Part shown: positions 38,401 through 46,439 of the stretch, piece by piece | How the letters are laid out: the number at the start of each line of letters is the position of its first letter | Numbering within the stretch: the first letter of the stretch is position 1 | Assembly (NCBI GenBank): GCA_964610465.1 | Contig: CAZSWA010000005.1 | Span: 8,456 to 72,455, forward strand | Reading direction: 5' to 3' | Length of the DNA stretch: 64,000 bases | DNA from: an uncultured Gammaproteobacteria bacterium | GTDB lineage: Bacteria > Patescibacteriota > Microgenomatia > Levybacterales > UBA12049 | The notes under the pieces: model-generated | What the model was told of the DNA's origin: nothing | What the model saw: the letters and a program-made list of their open reading frames with translations, nothing else | Databases searched by the model: none | Made by a program: the position numbers and the translations under genes

Positions 38401-38875
38401 TCCATACTCTTTGGTTACTCAGCAGCCACTTGGAGGAAAAGCGCAAATGGGAGGACAGAGACTTGGAGAGATGGAAGTATGGGCACTTGAAGCACATAGA
38501 GCACGATATATCTTGCAAGAAATGCTTACTATCAAATCAGATGATGTAGTCGGACGTGCCAAAGCATTTGAAGCAATTGTCAAAGGAACCGATATCCCAA
38601 CACCAAAAGTTCCTGAATCATTTAAAGTACTTATCAAAGAATTACAATCATTAGGTCTTAATGTCGTTCCAATGGGAGCAACGGTGTATAATGAGGAAAT
38701 CGAAGAGAAGGCAGAAGCACAGGCTGAAGCAGAAGGAGTACGTCAAGAGGCACAGCAATTGCAGGAAAGTTTAGAAGGCGGAAATGTTCCTGATGGTGCA
38801 ACAGAAGGTACATCTGAACCAGAGACAGTAGATTCTGAAACAACAGAAACAGAACCAGGGGAGGTAGCAGCATAA
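35432..38875 (+). CDS. rpoB: RNA polymerase beta subunit
   Basis: QLVRSPG, SPEGPNIGL, DEANRALMG, GDKLAGRHGNKG, GGQRLGEMEVWAL. Start may be GTG 35432 or ATG 35456. Confidence 0.99.
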   Translation: MPAQESSTMPRQSEVKNNKTSIVRQNWGKTYSVLPPLDLLEVQRQSYTWFENHGIREVLQEISPVDDFTGKNWSLSFHEHKIGKPSITPKTALAKGLTYDAPLTVKVSLTNKKTGHTETTEVFLGDIPQMTDRGTFIVNGIERAVVNQLVRSPGVFFTGNQDPITGKTLYSTEIRPIHGSWLEFSTTRYGTITVKIDRRRKFLVTTFLRALGLSDNDAIKAKFQEVEAGDRAESFIENTLQKDETGSETEAIVEIFKKMHPGEPIVLDKVREYFTNLFFNNRRYDLGVVGRYKINKRLKSVPGFNSSEERVLTIDDIFATISYLIMLEQGRGDVDDIDSLANRRVRSVGELVTINAFRVGVLRIERSIKERMSLLQADGTVSVSNLINARPIMAAINEFFRTSQLSTILDQTNPLSEIDNLNRLTVMGTGGISRERAAFSIRDINSSQYGRIDPIRSPEGPNIGLVTYMSLYSRVNDYGFLEAPYRKVEKRKVGNKEKVFVTDEIVYLDAADERSNYITHAGITVGDDNEILDERVPARYHGDFMEVDRQMINYIDVVPRQVVGTSASLIPFIAHDEANRALMGTHMQCQAVPLVKPSSPVVGTGMETTISEVMGRVVKAPFDGKVTFVDSDKIILEGQKGEKATFSLETFSRTSQATCYTQRPLVNEGQIVKKGDALIDGPSSQNGELALGQNLLIAYASLDGLGYEDAIVISDKLVKQDALSSIHIEKYEAAVVETKLGPEETTRDIPNISEEDLANLDEEGIVVVGSEVGPGDILVGKIAPKGETELTAEERLLRAIFGEQAREVRDTSLRMPHGERGTVISVQILDRKEGDELEPGTIRKILVEVAQFRHVVVGDKLAGRHGNKGIISRILPVADMPYLTDGTPVDIVISPISVLARMNLGQLLEAHLGWAAQKLNTKIGVPVFEKIDEEKIVSLLTQAGLPVNGKAQLFDGRTGRAYENPVVVGIEYMMKLIHMVEDKTHARSTGPYSLVTQQPLGGKAQMGGQRLGEMEVWALEAHRARYILQEMLTIKSDDVVGRAKAFEAIVKGTDIPTPKVPESFKVLIKELQSLGLNVVPMGATVYNEEIEEKAEAQAEAEGVRQEAQQLQESLEGGNVPDGATEGTSEPETVDSETTETEPGEVAA

Positions 38876-41800
38876 TGAATTCAAGAAACAGTAAAAACAG
38901 CTTAACAAAAGATCTTAATATTTCCGACTTTAAGTCACTCAAACTTCTTTTGGCAAAGAAAGAGGATATCCTTTCATGGTCTTATGGTGAAGTGACCAAA
39001 CCTGAAACTATTAACTATAGAACCCTTAGACCTGAGAAAGATGGATTATTTGATGAAAGAATTTTTGGTCCAACCAAAGATTGGGAATGTTACTGCGGAA
39101 AATACAAGAGAATACGATACAGAGGTATTATCTGCGACAAATGTGGAGTTGAAGTTACTCTTTCCAGAGTGAGACGCGAAAGGCTGGGACATATTACGAT
39201 TGCATCTCCGGTTGCTCATGTGTGGTTCTTCAAAGGAGCATCATCTGCAATGTCACTTCTTTTGGATATTCAGCAAAAGAGCTTGGAATCAATCATTTAT
39301 TATGCATCATATCTAATTACCAAAATTGATGAAGACAAAAAAAGAGAGGCGCTTGATATATTTTCTCAAAATATTGAAAAGAGAAAAGAAGCGCTCCAAA
39401 AACGTGGAAAGGATGATGAAGAAAAAGTTACCAAAGAAGCTGATGAAAAAGCAAAAGATATAAAAGCAAGCAAAACAAGTGCCGAACAAAAACAACTTAT
39501 CTTACAGGAAATTGAACTCGCCAAACGTCAAAAACACACTCAACTTCAAGAATCTCTTGAAACCGAATCAAAGAAGATAGATGAAATTGCTGATACCTTT
39601 ACCAAGCTTCTCAAAGGCTTGCGCGTTGGAAGTGTGCTTTCAGAAGATGAATACTTCAAACTTCTTGAATATGATATTCCAGTCTTCTTTACCATCAAAA
39701 CCGGTTCTGAAGCACTCTATGAAGTAATCAATAATCTTGATTTATCAACTCTTATTGCGAACTTGAGAAGCGAATCTGAGAAAGCATCAGGACAAAGATA
39801 TCTAAGAATTGTCAAAAGACTCAGACTTATTGAAAACATGAGAAAAGCCGGAGTGACGCCATCCGCAATGATTCTTTCTGTACTTCCGGTTATCCCGCCA
39901 GATCTTCGACCAATGGTACAACTCTCAGGCGGAAGATTTGCAACATCTGATTTAAATGATTTATATAGAAGAGTTATCAATAGAAATAACCGTCTGAAAC
40001 ATCTTTTAGCACTTGGTGCGCCTGAAATCATTCTTCGCAATGAGAAAAGAATGTTACAAGAATCAGTTGATGCCCTTATTGATTCAACCCAAAGAGGAGG
40101 AACTGCAACTGCGTCACCACTTCGCTCACTTTCTGACATGCTTCGAGGGAAACAAGGACGATTTAGACAAAATCTTTTGGGTAAAAGAGTTGATTATTCA
40201 GGCCGTTCAGTTATCGTAGTTGGACCAGAACTTAAGCTTTCCCAGTGTGGATTGCCAAAGGAAATGGCGCTTGAAATGTTTAAACCATTTGTTCTTCGTG
40301 AAGTAATTGTTAGAGGACTTGCGACCAATATCAAATCAGCCAAGCGCTATATTGAGAAAAGACCACCGGAAGTATTTGATATTCTTGAAGAAATCACAAA
40401 GAACCATCCGGTACTCTTAAATCGTGCACCCACTCTTCACAAACTTGGTATACAGGCATTCTATCCAGTGCTTATTGAAGGTGCAGCAATTCAACTTCAT
40501 CCTTGTGTCTGTAACGGATACAACGCAGACTTTGATGGAGATCAAATGGCCGTCCATATTCCACTTTCAACAAAAGCGCAGGAAGAAGCAGCAGAACTCA
40601 TGATGCCACGCAACAATCTCTTAAAGCCAGCTGATGGAAGTCCAATTACTCTGCCAAACAAGGAAATGGCACTTGGAATTTATTACTTGACTACTCTTGA
40701 TGAATCTTTGAGAAAAAGTGAAGAGGAACAAAAGTACTTTAGCAATATGAACAACGCACTTTTGGCATTTGATTTAGGAAAAGTAGGTCTTCGGGAACCA
40801 ATCAAAGTACGTATCGGACAAAACGGCACTGGCAAACTTATTGAGACCAATATCGGAAGACTTCGCTTTAACGAACTTCTTCCTGAGGATTTTGGTTTTA
40901 TCAATGAAAGTATTAACGCAGCAGGAATCAAGAAAATTATCACGCGAGCAATGAAAACCTACTCTTCACATGAGGTAGCAGAACTTATTGATAAAGTGAA
41001 AAATCTTGGATTCTATGGCGCAACTATCTCAGGAGTCAGTGTATCAGTATTTGATAATGAAATTATTCCTGAAAAAGACAAAATGATAGAAGATGCAGAG
41101 CAAAAAGTAGCAGGAATTGATGATGAATACCAGCAAGGACTTATCACTCTTGAAGAGAAGAAAAGACTTTCAAATGAAGTCTGGCTTAAAGTTACCGATG
41201 CAATTTCCAGTCTTACGTGGAAGACACTCAAGCCTTCCAATCCAATAAAAATCAGTATTGATTCCGGAGGATCTCGTGCAGGTATTGAACAGCTCAAACA
41301 GCTTTCTGCAATGAGAGGACTTATTATTGACCCTCTTGGAAAGATTGTTGAGCTTCCAATTAAATCCAATTTCCGTGAAGGTCTCTCAATCTTTGAGTAT
41401 GTAGCATCAGCCAGAGGTTCCAGAAAAGGACTTACTGATTCAGCACTTAAGACCGCAAACGCAGGATATCTCACTCGAAGACTCGTTGATGTTACCCATG
41501 ATGTGATTGTCAGAGAAGAGGATTGCGGCACAACTGAAGGAGTTACTATTCCATACACTGAAAAAGATAGAACATCAGCCTTTGCGGATAGATTAATAGG
41601 AAGAGTTTTGGCAGCCAATGCGGTTTCTTCAAAAACCAAGAAGATTGTATTAAAAGCAGGAGAAGAAATTAATGAAGAAACTGCAGCGTTTATATCTGCA
41701 AGTGATGTCCAGGAAGTAGTCGTACGTTCTCCTCTTACGTGTAAACTGACGTACGGTATTTGTGTAGCATGTTATGGATGGGATTTTTCAATCAAGAAGA

Positions 41801-42684
41801 AAGTAGATTTGGGTGTTCCAGTTGGAGTAGTTGCAGCCCAAAGTATTGGAGAGCCAGGTACACAGCTTACTATGCGTGTTCGACATTTCGGAGGAGTTGT
41901 TATGTCTGATGTGACACAAGGTCTTCCACGTGTTGAGGAACTCTTTGAAATGAGAACTCCCAAGAATCTGGCTCCTGTATCTGAGATTACCGGAAAAGTA
42001 AAGATTGAAAAAACGGATGAAGGATACAGAATTCAGGTACGAAACGCGCGTATTAAACCAATTGAAGTGCAAGAATATTTTGTACCTCTTTCTGCAACAC
42101 TTTCAGTAGCAGACGGTGACGAAATAACAGCCGGTACTCCACTTGCTGAAGGATATCTTGATCCAAAGGAAGTTCTAAAAATTGGCGGTCTTACTATGGT
42201 ACAAAGATATCTGGTTACTGAAATTCAAAAAGTATATGAGTCCCAGGGAATTGCAATTAATGACAAACATTTTGAAGTAATTATCCGCAAAATGTCTGAT
42301 AAAGTAATTGTTGAGAGTGTTGGTGATACGTCACTTATTCCTGGAGATTTTGTCAGTAAAGCACGCTTTGAGGAAATGAATGCAGAAGTTCTCTCAGAAG
42401 GTGGAGAACCAGCAACCGGAAGACAAGTAGTATTGGGTATTACCAAAGCTGCATTATTCTCAGATAGCTGGCTTTCAGCAGCTTCATTCCAGGAAACAAC
42501 CAAAGTTTTGACCGAAGCAGCACTTGAAGGACGCGAAGATAAATTGGTTGGACTTAAGGAAAATGTTATTATTGGAAGACTTATCCCGGTTGAAAGTAAA
42601 AATCTTTTACCTGAGCTTCAACCTGAGTCTGAACAAAGTAGTGACACACCGTCTGAGCCTGCCAGTGCCAGTGAGATAGTATAA
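38875..42684 (+). CDS. rpoC: RNA polymerase beta' subunit
   Basis: KPETINYRT, Zn-binding CYCGKYK...CDKC, NADFDGDQM, SIGEPGTQLTMR, GLKENVIIGRLIP; TAATG overlap with rpoB. Confidence 0.99.
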   Translation: MNSRNSKNSLTKDLNISDFKSLKLLLAKKEDILSWSYGEVTKPETINYRTLRPEKDGLFDERIFGPTKDWECYCGKYKRIRYRGIICDKCGVEVTLSRVRRERLGHITIASPVAHVWFFKGASSAMSLLLDIQQKSLESIIYYASYLITKIDEDKKREALDIFSQNIEKRKEALQKRGKDDEEKVTKEADEKAKDIKASKTSAEQKQLILQEIELAKRQKHTQLQESLETESKKIDEIADTFTKLLKGLRVGSVLSEDEYFKLLEYDIPVFFTIKTGSEALYEVINNLDLSTLIANLRSESEKASGQRYLRIVKRLRLIENMRKAGVTPSAMILSVLPVIPPDLRPMVQLSGGRFATSDLNDLYRRVINRNNRLKHLLALGAPEIILRNEKRMLQESVDALIDSTQRGGTATASPLRSLSDMLRGKQGRFRQNLLGKRVDYSGRSVIVVGPELKLSQCGLPKEMALEMFKPFVLREVIVRGLATNIKSAKRYIEKRPPEVFDILEEITKNHPVLLNRAPTLHKLGIQAFYPVLIEGAAIQLHPCVCNGYNADFDGDQMAVHIPLSTKAQEEAAELMMPRNNLLKPADGSPITLPNKEMALGIYYLTTLDESLRKSEEEQKYFSNMNNALLAFDLGKVGLREPIKVRIGQNGTGKLIETNIGRLRFNELLPEDFGFINESINAAGIKKIITRAMKTYSSHEVAELIDKVKNLGFYGATISGVSVSVFDNEIIPEKDKMIEDAEQKVAGIDDEYQQGLITLEEKKRLSNEVWLKVTDAISSLTWKTLKPSNPIKISIDSGGSRAGIEQLKQLSAMRGLIIDPLGKIVELPIKSNFREGLSIFEYVASARGSRKGLTDSALKTANAGYLTRRLVDVTHDVIVREEDCGTTEGVTIPYTEKDRTSAFADRLIGRVLAANAVSSKTKKIVLKAGEEINEETAAFISASDVQEVVVRSPLTCKLTYGICVACYGWDFSIKKKVDLGVPVGVVAAQSIGEPGTQLTMRVRHFGGVVMSDVTQGLPRVEELFEMRTPKNLAPVSEITGKVKIEKTDEGYRIQVRNARIKPIEVQEYFVPLSATLSVADGDEITAGTPLAEGYLDPKEVLKIGGLTMVQRYLVTEIQKVYESQGIAINDKHFEVIIRKMSDKVIVESVGDTSLIPGDFVSKARFEEMNAEVLSEGGEPATGRQVVLGITKAALFSDSWLSAASFQETTKVLTEAALEGREDKLVGLKENVIIGRLIPVESKNLLPELQPESEQSSDTPSEPASASEIV

Positions 42685-42761
42685 TACATGCTCATAGTTT
42701 GCCTCTTTTTTCTCTAGTTTTAAGTATCGAATGAGGCAAAATATGATATAATACGAGAATT

Positions 42762-43208
42762 ATGCCAACATTATCACAGTTAGCAAAAAGAGGCAGAAAA
42801 AGAAGAACCAAGAAGTCACGTTCGATGGCTTTACGAAGGCTCTTCAATGCAAAAGATAGAGAATACAAGGACCTTAGTGCTCCACAAAAACGTGGTGTGG
42901 TAACGCTTGTCAAAACCATGACTCCTAAGAAACCAAATTCAGCACTTCGCAAAGTCGCAAGAGTCAAGCTTTCCAACAAAATGGAAGTTACGGCCTACAT
43001 TCAAGGAGTTGGACATTCGCTTTCAGAACACGGTATAGTCCTTGTTCGCGGAGGAAGGGTCAAAGATTTACCAGGAGTGAAATATCATTTGGTACGTGGC
43101 AAATTTGATTTGCTCGGAGTTGAAGGACGCAAAACTTCACGAAGTACCTATGGTACCAAATTACAAAAAGGGGGAGGCGCAGGAGCTAAAGCTGCTCCAG
43201 CTGCATAA
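42762..43208 (+). CDS. rpsL: 30S ribosomal protein S12
   Basis: [25 protein letters not shown]. Confidence 0.99.
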   Translation: MPTLSQLAKRGRKRRTKKSRSMALRRLFNAKDREYKDLSAPQKRGVVTLVKTMTPKKPNSALRKVARVKLSNKMEVTAYIQGVGHSLSEHGIVLVRGGRVKDLPGVKYHLVRGKFDLLGVEGRKTSRSTYGTKLQKGGGAGAKAAPAA

Positions 43209-43215
43209 GTAACAT

Positions 43216-43689
43216 ATGAGACACGCAAAAGTAGCAAAAAGAAAAATTGAAGGAGATGTAATGTACAACAATCTTCTCGTGGCCAAGCTTATCAACTATG
43301 TTATGGAAAGCGGCAAAAAGACAGTTGCACAAGAACAAGTCTACAAAGCATTCCAACTCTTAACAGATAAAGGTCAAGATCCTCTTAAAGCCTTTGAAAA
43401 AGCGATTCAAAATGTCGGTCCAAAAGTAGAAGTAAGAGCACGACGTGTCGGCGGAGCCAATTATCAGGTTCCTGTTGAAGTTCGATACGAAAGACGTATT
43501 GCCTTGGCACTTCGATGGATGCTTGAGGCAGCACGCAAACGATCAAACAAGGATTTCCATACCTTCTCAGAAAAACTCGCAGCAGAGATTCTTGATGCCA
43601 ATAACAATATGGGAGAAGCAATCAGAAAACGTGATATTACCCTCAAACAGGCAGAAGCCAATCGCGCCTTTGCACATTTTAGATGGTAG
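43216..43689 (+). CDS. rpsG: 30S ribosomal protein S7
   Basis: GKKTVA, RRVGGANYQVPVEV, AEANRAFAHFRW. Confidence 0.99.
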   Translation: MRHAKVAKRKIEGDVMYNNLLVAKLINYVMESGKKTVAQEQVYKAFQLLTDKGQDPLKAFEKAIQNVGPKVEVRARRVGGANYQVPVEVRYERRIALALRWMLEAARKRSNKDFHTFSEKLAAEILDANNNMGEAIRKRDITLKQAEANRAFAHFRW

Positions 43690-43852
43690 ATTTGCAAAGA
43701 TCTTCGACCTTCGCACACTTCAGGTGGTAAACCTCATTATATATAGTATCTCATCTATGACCCTATAGTATTGACAAATTGTCCAGTTTATGATATGTTT
43801 TATACTGTACGTTGACAATGTGCGGTGTGAAGTACCCTTAAAGGAGGGGAAA

Positions 43853-44560
43853 ATGTTGGCCGGTACGTTTGGCTCTGACAGTTCTGTAGCGCGTATTGAA
43901 GCTGCTCTCAAGGTAGTTTCAGATCGAGTCGAAGAAGAGATAGGGTTATCCTATCTTGGAGTAGGCCGTCGCCGTCGTTTTCAAGACGGGCACACAGAAC
44001 CAGATTACCTCTGGGAAATTTGTACATACTGTGGCTACCATGGCCATGGTATAGCTTTCTCAGGAAGCAAGGAGAGCCGTGATTGGACGATGTATAACCT
44101 AAGGCGCCAGCACGTCAGGGAAAATCCCTGGTGTGAACACCCATTGAGTGTGAGCGATTTTAGCATAGGTTGGATTGCATGTCCTCAACTCTCTCACGAA
44201 GAGGCAGAAGGAGTGCACCGACCTATGGCGGAGTACATCTATGGTATGGATAATGTTTGGGGGGTCACGGAAGACCTCTATAAGGCTTATGCTCGGCATC
44301 TTACAAGATGCCAGGCATGCCAACAAGCATACCATACTGAAGTAGTGGACGTTATAGACAACAGCGAGGAGTTCCTCTTCCTCAAAATGGCAGAAGAAGA
44401 TTGCCTTGAAGCTGCTGAAGAAGCAGCTAAGGAAGAGCGTCGTCTTCAAAAAGAGGAGGAGATACTCATGGATTCACCGGAGGACATGTTTCCTTTTGCA
44501 CATAGCAATCGGAAAAGCAAACAAAAGCCACAAAAAGCTCGACAAAAGAGCTTGAGGTAA
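43853..44560 (+). CDS. Orphan Cys/His-rich protein with a zf-HC2 (anti-sigma-like) motif
   Basis: Strong RBS AAGGAGG before ATG 43853; upstream TTGACA-17-TATGTT promoter; motifs CTYC...H...C and EYIYG...HLTRCQAC. Confidence 0.7.
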   Translation: MLAGTFGSDSSVARIEAALKVVSDRVEEEIGLSYLGVGRRRRFQDGHTEPDYLWEICTYCGYHGHGIAFSGSKESRDWTMYNLRRQHVRENPWCEHPLSVSDFSIGWIACPQLSHEEAEGVHRPMAEYIYGMDNVWGVTEDLYKAYARHLTRCQACQQAYHTEVVDVIDNSEEFLFLKMAEEDCLEAAEEAAKEERRLQKEEEILMDSPEDMFPFAHSNRKSKQKPQKARQKSLR

Positions 44561-44571
44561 CACCAACAACC

Positions 44572-44724
44572 GCACAAAGGAATGTGCATAAAGCACGGTA
44601 AGGGCGAAAGGATTCGCCCATTTGACTCATTCACCCTCATTTATTGCGAGGGTTAAAATGGAAAGAGCCATTGGGCAAACATCATTTCATCAAAACCCCC
44701 AACGTGCTTTTTCCATGGGAAAAA
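44572..44724. ncRNA. Candidate structured RNA (multi-branch fold) downstream of the orphan gene
   Basis: AAAGCACG/CGTGCTTT closing stem encloses GGGCGAA/TTCGCCC, TTTGA/TCAAA, ACCCTC/GAGGGT and AATGG/CCATT stems; extra flanking hairpins. Family not recognised. Confidence 0.4.
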
Positions 44725-44734
44725 TTTGTTTACA

Positions 44735-44848
44735 TTCTAAATCATAAATGCCAAATACCAAATTACAAAAAACAAATACAAAATTATTTGTTTGAAATTT
44801 GGAATCTTGAAATTTATTTGGATTTTGGGATTTGTAATTTAGAATTTT
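44735..44848. repeat. A-rich/T-rich inverted repeat with ~7-nt periodicity
   Basis: Left arm ttctaaatcataaatgccaaataccaaat; right arm reverse-complements to ttctaaattacaaatcccaaaatccaaat. Shares 19 identical nt with 18093-18111. Confidence 0.65.
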
Positions 44849-44850
44849 AT

Positions 44851-44894
44851 TTAACCCCTTGATTCTTTACTGAGATGACAAAGAAGAGGGTTAA
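44851..44894. terminator. Hairpin between convergent transcription units
   Basis: TTAACCC...TTCTTT / AAAGAA...GGGTTAA arms. Confidence 0.4.
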
Positions 44895-44913
44895 AGCAAC
44901 AACGTGGAGAATA

Positions 44914-45552
44914 TTACTGAATAGTTATTCCGAGGATTGTGTCGCCGATTTGGATTTTATTTACTACATCCATTCCTGATTTTACTATTCCAAAATTGGT
45001 ATATTGTTTATTCAGCCAGGAGGCATCGGTTTTGGTAATGAAAAATTGCGCATCATTTTGTGTTTTGCCGTCTCCTCTACTGGCAACACCAAGAGAACCG
45101 ACTACAAATGGTTTGCTATTAAATTCGACAGGCATACTACCACCGCCTGTGCCATTGCCAAGCGGGTCACCGCCCTGGATTACCCAATCTTCAACGCGAT
45201 GGAAAGTAAGGTTGTTATAGAATCCGCTTTTGGCTTTATTCACAAAATTTTTGACAGTGTTAGGAGCATCTTTTGGATAGAGTTCAAGTATGATATCTCC
45301 TTTTGCGGTTTTGATAGTTGCAGTTGTTGCATTCACATGAGCTATTGTAGCAGAAGAAGGGGTAGGTGTAAAAGCAGCAGATGTCGAAGATGGACTTATT
45401 TTAAGAGAAATGCCTGATGGAACAATGGAAAGTTTTGAAAGTTTATCCAAAGCACTATTTTGAGAAGGACTTTTGGCAGGTTGGAAAGAATAATAGAGAG
45501 CGGCACATACAATTATTACAATAGCAATAAGTGCAGCATAGAATAGTTTCAT
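44914..45552 (-). CDS. Cyclophilin-type peptidyl-prolyl isomerase, membrane-anchored/exported (copy 1)
   Basis: APNTVKNF, FYNNLTFHRV..WVIQGGDPLGNGTGG, QFFIT, YTNFG; N-terminal hydrophobic helix. Confidence 0.93.
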   Translation of the reverse strand: MKLFYAALIAIVIIVCAALYYSFQPAKSPSQNSALDKLSKLSIVPSGISLKISPSSTSAAFTPTPSSATIAHVNATTATIKTAKGDIILELYPKDAPNTVKNFVNKAKSGFYNNLTFHRVEDWVIQGGDPLGNGTGGGSMPVEFNSKPFVVGSLGVASRGDGKTQNDAQFFITKTDASWLNKQYTNFGIVKSGMDVVNKIQIGDTILGITIQ

Positions 45553-45589
45553 AGGATTTTTATTGTATCATGTTGCCGATGATTTTCAA

Positions 45590-45620
45590 CCCTCCTTCGC
45601 TAAAGTTTCGGAAGGGCAAG
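45590..45620. repeat. Short REP-like palindrome between the cyclophilin genes
   Basis: CCCTCCTTCGCTAAAGTTTCGGAAGGGCAAG imperfect hairpin. Confidence 0.5.
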
Positions 45621-45677
45621 GAGTTTTGTTCTCAGGCTGAAAAATTGTCAAAATAGAATTTTTTGAATTTTGACTAG

Positions 45678-46346
45678 TTATTCTACCGTAATGCCTAGAA
45701 TTTTATCTCCGATTTGAATCTTATTTACCACATCCATACCGCTTGTGACCTGGCCAAAATTGGTATATTGCTGATTAAGCCAGGATGCGTCTTGTTTAGT
45801 GATAAAAAACTGTGAGTCATTGGAAACTTTGATATCGCTTCCACGAGCTACACCCAACGAACCAGTGATAAACGGCACATTGTTAATCTCTGTTGGCATA
45901 AGGCCGCCGCCTGTGCCGTTACCTAATGGGTCGCCACCCTGGATTACCCAATCTTCAACGCGATGGAAAGTAAGGTTGTTATAGAATCCGCTTTTGGCTT
46001 TGATAATAAAATTCTTCACTGTATTGGGAGCGTCTTTCCCGTCAAGCGTTAAGACTATATCTCCTTTGCTTGTTTTAATCGTTGCTGAATAAGAAGCTTT
46101 AATACCATCTTCAACTCCAAATGTTGGTGCAATACCAGTTGGAGTTGGCGGAAGTGCCTGTCTATTTGTTTCTTGTCCTTGTTTTTGGGGAAATGCCTGC
46201 TGCAGTTTCATTTTATCAGCACCTAGAGTCGGTATTTCATAGGGTTGTGAGAGAGATGCGCGCAGTGAATTTCCTTGAGTAGAAAAGTAAATACCTACAG
46301 AAACCAATGCCAAAAGCACAAAAAGCAGAATATACGATTTATTCAT
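45678..46346 (-). CDS. Cyclophilin-type peptidyl-prolyl isomerase, membrane-anchored/exported (copy 2)
   Basis: Same motifs as copy 1; ATG 46346 lies 8 nt after TGcTAAAAT. Confidence 0.93.
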   Translation of the reverse strand: MNKSYILLFVLLALVSVGIYFSTQGNSLRASLSQPYEIPTLGADKMKLQQAFPQKQGQETNRQALPPTPTGIAPTFGVEDGIKASYSATIKTSKGDIVLTLDGKDAPNTVKNFIIKAKSGFYNNLTFHRVEDWVIQGGDPLGNGTGGGLMPTEINNVPFITGSLGVARGSDIKVSNDSQFFITKQDASWLNQQYTNFGQVTSGMDVVNKIQIGDKILGITVE

Positions 46347-46439
46347 TACATAGTATTTTAGCATAAAGAAAGATTTTGCCAACAGTTTTACTAAGTCCTA
46401 AATTCGTACTTCTTTTGACTTTCTGGTACAATAAGGAGC

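Noticed and set aside
41013-41639. 208-aa antisense ORF in rpoC, and similar antisense ORFs in clp, pnp, ftsK, rpoB and groEL
   Set aside because: Shadow ORFs opposite highly conserved genes, explained by codon bias.
44670-44700. GGGCAAAC as part of a c-di-GMP-I riboswitch
   Set aside because: The following GAAA-capped stem and GCAAAGC elements are absent, and the element is not 5' of a same-strand gene.
44644-44862. 72-aa ORF on the + strand
   Set aside because: TTG start without RBS; runs through the structured region and the AT-rich periodic repeat, giving repeat-derived sequence.
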